From Acidilobaceae archaeon (GTDB lineage: Archaea; Thermoproteota; Thermoprotei_A; Sulfolobales; Acidilobaceae): a stretch of 64,000 nucleotides of DNA. This document shows positions 60,133-64,000 of this stretch, piece after piece. How positions within the stretch are numbered: the stretch's first letter is position 1; each line of letters starts with the position of its first letter. Under the pieces are notes generated by a model that was not told the origin of the DNA, did no database searches, and was given only the letters and a program-made list of their open reading frames with translations. The stretch is from contig JAWAWX010000001.1 of NCBI GenBank assembly GCA_038897215.1, positions 736,001-800,000 of the forward strand. The letters are read 5' to 3'. The translations under genes were made by a program, and so were the position numbers.

Positions 60133-61032
60133 TTATTCGTATTGGAGAGCGGATGGCTGAGTATCGAGTCTCGCTTCGGTTAGTGCTCTGAGAGCTTCGC
60201 CTAGGGTAGTCTTCTTGTAAGCGTAGAGATTGTGGGGGTGTATGCTCTCATAGCTTTCAGCCTCTACCTCTATTACTGTCTCGCGCGGTAGCTCTTTGAA
60301 CTCTAGAGCAATATTTGCTACAGCGTCTCTCACAACGTCTTCTAACAGCTTTGGGTTCGAGAGAGCTCTCAGCACTAGCTCCGCCTCGTCTACTCTCTTC
60401 AGTAACGTGAATGCGGGTGCTGAAAAGCTCTTGAAAAGAGCCCCAGCTAGCTTCTCTATCCTCGCGAAGCCTTTGCTACTCGATATTCTGCCTTTCAGAA
60501 ACACCTTCTGTATGTGAGTCGGGGTTTTGGGAGACTCTATCCCCAAGAGCTTCGATATCGTTTGCTGAGCGGAGGGGCATGCAGTTAGCCCAGCCGCGGT
60601 CACGGCTACACTCCATACTCTAGAGCCTCCGCGCGCGACAGCGACCTCCACGTCTACCGATACAGGCTCCCTCCCTCTCAGCTTTCCGAACTCTACGTCT
60701 ACGTAGTAAGTAGTGGTCGCTCTTACCTCAACGTGCTCAGCGTAGTCGTGCTTCTCCAGCATACGCTGAGCTAGGAGCTCTAGATACTCCTCAATACTCC
60801 TAGCAGGGAGACGAGTCTCTAGAGCCTCTAGAGTAGCCTCGGTTGTTCTCGATAAATGGGCTCCTCTCCTATCTCCGGATATGCCGACGTAGAGGTCTAG
60901 AGTTACATCGAGCTGTAGTAGCCCGAGGGGGGTTTCTAGCGCGATTCTCCTCCTAAGCCCTCTGAAGCCGATTCTCTCGAGCGGGATCCTGATGGGGGGG
61001 CTTAAGTCTTGGATGTGTGTGCTACCACTCAA
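60133..61032 (-). CDS. mptA: GTP cyclohydrolase FolE2/MptA family
   Basis: RGAHLSR, TACPSA, THIQ, LLKRVDE, ESIHPHN. Confidence 0.85.
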   Translation of the reverse strand: MSGSTHIQDLSPPIRIPLERIGFRGLRRRIALETPLGLLQLDVTLDLYVGISGDRRGAHLSRTTEATLEALETRLPARSIEEYLELLAQRMLEKHDYAEHVEVRATTTYYVDVEFGKLRGREPVSVDVEVAVARGGSRVWSVAVTAAGLTACPSAQQTISKLLGIESPKTPTHIQKVFLKGRISSSKGFARIEKLAGALFKSFSAPAFTLLKRVDEAELVLRALSNPKLLEDVVRDAVANIALEFKELPRETVIEVEAESYESIHPHNLYAYKKTTLGEALRALTEARLDTQPSALQYE

Positions 61033-61052
61033 CCTCCTCTACACCCAGACTT

Positions 61053-62234
61053 TTAGACCATCTTGACTCTCGCTCTAATCTTAGCTATAGTCTCGAGGTA
61101 TAACTTAAGCCTATAGCAAGCTCTCCGGCTCCCCCGGCAGGCCACCTCCACGAGGTTCTCAGAGATAGAGGTCTCGACTCGCGCTCCTAGAACCTCTCCC
61201 GCGTCTCTAACCCCATCATCATCGACGTCAACTCTCCCAGATTCAACTCCACAAGGACCCATCCAGCAGAGTCTACAGTAGAGACTGTGAGCGTCGATAC
61301 TGGAAGAGCAGGCAGCCGGGTAGACCTTGAACCCGAGCTCTCTAGCCTCGGTCTCCAGCTTCTTCTTCAAATCAGAGGCTCTCAGAGGAACCTGATGTCT
61401 AGGACTTCTGGGACTCTCGGGGACTCTGCTTCTGAGAGCATCCACGTCTACTGCTTTCGAAGCAGTGAGCCTCTTGAGGATAGTCTCGGTGACCCTCAGC
61501 GTGCCTAGAACGACTCTCCTAATGCCTCTCCTCTCGGCCTCTCCTAGTATCTTCGCGAACTCGCTGTCAGTCACACCGGGTAGTATGGGTCTCACGAAGA
61601 GAGCCACGCTAATCCCCGCTCTAGCTAGCTCGGCTCCGAAATCGATCCTAGCGTGTGGAGAGGGAGCTCCGGGCTCGAGGACTCTGGCCTTATCCAGCGT
61701 AGTCACGGATATCAGCACATCTATTCTCCCCTTAGTGCACTCAACGAACTCCTCGACCTCGCTCGAGTCTAGCACTCCCTTGACTGAGATCTGCTGGGGA
61801 TTGCCTAGGAGAGAATTCGTGACCCTCAAGTACTCCATGGTTCTCCTCTTAGCCACGTCCATGAAGGGCTCTGTAACGCTACCGAAAGCTAGAAGGGTTC
61901 CATGGGGTCCCATCACGAAGCTCTCGTTAACGACTAACGCGTAAGCTAGCTGAAGCCCTGTGAGAGGATAGGGTCTGGGTGTGCGCGAGAAACCCATGTC
62001 GTAGATGTAGCAGTACAAGCAGCCATAGCTACAGCCAGTTGAGGTGTGAATAGTTAGCCCGCAAGGTCTAGGCTTCCTCTTCGCGTGACTATCAGCTCTA
62101 GCTCTCCTAATCTCCTCTACGCTCAAAGATCTCTCCAGTACTCCAACCAGTCTCTTCTTAGACTCCACGTCTCGAAGCACCAGGTCTCCGCTAAACCTCA
62201 CTCCAAAGCTCCCCAAGCTCTCAGCAATAATCAT
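61053..62234 (-). CDS. Radical SAM protein
   Basis: CSYGCLYC, GSVTEP, RPILPG. Confidence 0.88.
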   Translation of the reverse strand: MIIAESLGSFGVRFSGDLVLRDVESKKRLVGVLERSLSVEEIRRARADSHAKRKPRPCGLTIHTSTGCSYGCLYCYIYDMGFSRTPRPYPLTGLQLAYALVVNESFVMGPHGTLLAFGSVTEPFMDVAKRRTMEYLRVTNSLLGNPQQISVKGVLDSSEVEEFVECTKGRIDVLISVTTLDKARVLEPGAPSPHARIDFGAELARAGISVALFVRPILPGVTDSEFAKILGEAERRGIRRVVLGTLRVTETILKRLTASKAVDVDALRSRVPESPRSPRHQVPLRASDLKKKLETEARELGFKVYPAACSSSIDAHSLYCRLCWMGPCGVESGRVDVDDDGVRDAGEVLGARVETSISENLVEVACRGSRRACYRLKLYLETIAKIRARVKMV

Positions 62235-62391
62235 GCCTTATATCGGGCAAGCGAGGAGAACTAGAAGCCCGATGTTAGAGTCTCTTTCTGGATTCTAACT
62301 CTCGGTAAGGAGCCTAGAGCATCCGTAATATCAGGCTAGCCTACTAAACCAGAGAAGGCCGCTTTTAACATATGAGGATATGGTGCTCGAG

Positions 62392-62445
62392 ATGGCTAAG
62401 AAGGAGAAGAAGGAGGAGAAGAAAGAGGAGAAAAAGAAGAAATAA
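62392..62445 (+). CDS. Putative 17-aa Lys/Glu micropeptide MAKKEKKEEKKEEKKKK
   Basis: TATA-like TTTTAA ~25 bp upstream, host-preferred AAG/GAG codons, TAA stop. Confidence 0.45.
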   Translation: MAKKEKKEEKKEEKKKK

Positions 62446-62509
62446 GCTAGTGGCATTCGAGAAGACTCGATCTCCTCTTGCTTCATGTTCTTCTCTTCTA
62501 TCAAAATCT

Positions 62510-63103
62510 CTACAACTCTATGTGGTGCACGATTATCTCCTCGAAGAAGAAGCGTCTAGAAGCGATTACTCGAGCCCTCTTCCCCTCTCTCACTGCTATC
62601 TCTTCAACTCTCACTGGCGAGAGACTAGAGGAGACTATGACGGCTTCTCTAGCAACTCTAACGGCTTCTAGCACGAGTTCTTTCATCGAGCTAGCTCCAC
62701 TCCAAGCTAGGTCGAGCCAATCATCGCAGTCTCGAGGAGAGAGATTGCGGGGCTCGATCGGGAGATAGGGTGGATTCAGTATCGCTAAGTCCCAACCGGC
62801 TTCGAGACACGAGGCCCCATCACATCTAGCTACTAGAATCTCAGGAGGCAGGTTTCTGCGAGAGACTCTTACCGCGTACGGGGATAAGTCTGTAGCAACT
62901 AGCCTTAGTGGCTTGAAGAGCTCGTAGGCTAGAAGAGCTAGCACTCCCGTGCCTGAACCTATCTCGATTATGCTGTGATATCGTCTCCCCTCCTTCGCCA
63001 AGGCTGTCAGAGCTTCGGCTGCAAGCCAGGTATCATCTGAGGGCTCGTAGACGCAGGGGTTGAGCTCTAAATCCTCTCTGATTTTATCGATGAGCTTCGA
63101 TAT
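62510..63103 (-). CDS. HemK2/PrmC-like methyltransferase; probable ATA start at 63103
   Basis: VYEPSDDTWL, EIGSGTG, NPPY; follows ksgA. Confidence 0.85.
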   Translation of the reverse strand: MSKLIDKIREDLELNPCVYEPSDDTWLAAEALTALAKEGRRYHSIIEIGSGTGVLALLAYELFKPLRLVATDLSPYAVRVSRRNLPPEILVARCDGASCLEAGWDLAILNPPYLPIEPRNLSPRDCDDWLDLAWSGASSMKELVLEAVRVAREAVIVSSSLSPVRVEEIAVREGKRARVIASRRFFFEEIIVHHIEL

Positions 63104-63105
63104 CG

Positions 63106-63912
63106 TTAAAGCTCTATTGTTAACGCTATCTTCTCTAGGTCCTCTGGGCTCAGCTCTCTTACTCTCTTCTCTCCGAGAGAGAGGTCCTCTAGCTCTATCT
63201 CGAAGCATCTCCTCACCATCTTTGCTACCTTCTTGTTTCTCCCCGTAAACAGACACCTAGCTACAGCCTCCACTAGGTCGTCTTCGCGACTCCACGCTTT
63301 TCTTCTCACTAGCTTCACTACCGCTCCATGCACCTCGGGTTCTGGGAAGTAGTATTCTGAGGGGATCACTCCGACCTTCTCCACGGAGAAGACTCTCTGG
63401 GTTACTGCTGTCAGCCTTCCGTAGCTCTCGGAGCCGGGCTTGGCTAAGAGTCTCTCAGCGACTTCTAGCTGAACTCCTAGAACCGCTTCTCTCACATGGT
63501 TGTTTCTAGCCAGTGCTAGAATCAGAGGAGCCGAGATGTTGTATGGAGTGTTAGAGTAGACAGCCTCCATTAAAGTGGAGGAAGCGACCTCCACGCCATC
63601 GCCCCTCAAGACTAGAACGTTCTCTAGCCCTAGCTCAGCTAGGAATGAGGCAAGTCTAGGGTGGATCTCCACAGCAACTATGAGCTCCGAGAACTCGGAG
63701 ACAGCTAGAGTTATGGAGCCTACGCCGGGACCGACTTCGAGAAAGCGTCTAGCAAAGCTGGACTCAAGCGCTTCAGCGAAGAGTCTCACTCCTCGAGGGT
63801 CTACTAGAAAATGTTGCCCGAGCCTCTTGCTAGGCCTGACTCCGGAGGCGTCTAGTGCTCTCCTAGTGTACTCTAGGAGGTCTCTGCGAGTCTTCAGGGA
63901 TCTAAGCACCAC
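63106..63912 (-). CDS. ksgA: 16S rRNA dimethyladenosine transferase KsgA/RsmA
   Basis: KRLGQHFL, EVGPGVG, SNTPYNIS, YGRL. Confidence 0.93.
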   Translation of the reverse strand: MVLRSLKTRRDLLEYTRRALDASGVRPSKRLGQHFLVDPRGVRLFAEALESSFARRFLEVGPGVGSITLAVSEFSELIVAVEIHPRLASFLAELGLENVLVLRGDGVEVASSTLMEAVYSNTPYNISAPLILALARNNHVREAVLGVQLEVAERLLAKPGSESYGRLTAVTQRVFSVEKVGVIPSEYYFPEPEVHGAVVKLVRRKAWSREDDLVEAVARCLFTGRNKKVAKMVRRCFEIELEDLSLGEKRVRELSPEDLEKIALTIEL

Positions 63913-64000
63913 CTCTCTTCCTCGCGTAAAGCGATCTCCTCATCTTCTCAATATAGTCTAGGAATGGAGCAGAGTAATCGCTCGGCTCTACGAAGAGATA
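63902..64000 (-). CDS. C-terminal fragment of a probable DUF655 protein (partial)
   Basis: Open frame YLFVEPSDY...GGA*; DUF655 usually precedes ksgA in archaea. Confidence 0.55.
   Translation of the reverse strand, partial: YLFVEPSDYSAPFLDYIEKMRRSLYARKRGGA

Noticed and set aside
62372-62671. 99-aa Arg-rich ORF as ribosomal protein eL41
   Set aside because: No stop after the basic run, extends antisense into hemK, and its start lies too close to the TATA-like element

Overview
Gene-dense chromosomal window from a hyperthermophilic crenarchaeon (Thermoproteota). A Desulfurococcales/Acidilobales-like affiliation is inferred from short Xpf, PolB3, PBP2, Alba, BHB tRNA introns and frequent GTG/TTG starts. 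Protein genes include: nfeD-stomatin, hjc, a polyamine ABC transporter, prefoldin/Pcc1/Xpf/DHH, a pilin-like protein, a large stalked S-layer-like protein, a fused RHH-UPF0175-PIN gene followed by two vWA genes and endonuclease IV, polB3, dnaG, a rearranged ribosomal stalk locus with a C-domain-only uL11, alaS, a Zn/Mn ABC locus with two atypical metalloregulators, a branched-chain amino acid cluster between tRNA-Leu and tRNA-Arg, a small putative restriction-modification islet, and housekeeping genes ending in hemK-ksgA-DUF655. RNA genes: RNase P RNA, four tRNAs (two with introns) and two C/D box sRNAs. The most unusual signals are: an otherwise intact RNase P RNA lacking the conserved bulged U of P4; the PIN-fusion/vWA/vWA module; several genes whose conserved N-terminus has no canonical start codon (ATA starts or an early in-frame TAG); a B3/4 editing protein inside the ilv/leu/cim cluster; a K/E micropeptide; and unannotated structured RNAs. 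All calls come from manual reading; no searches were run.
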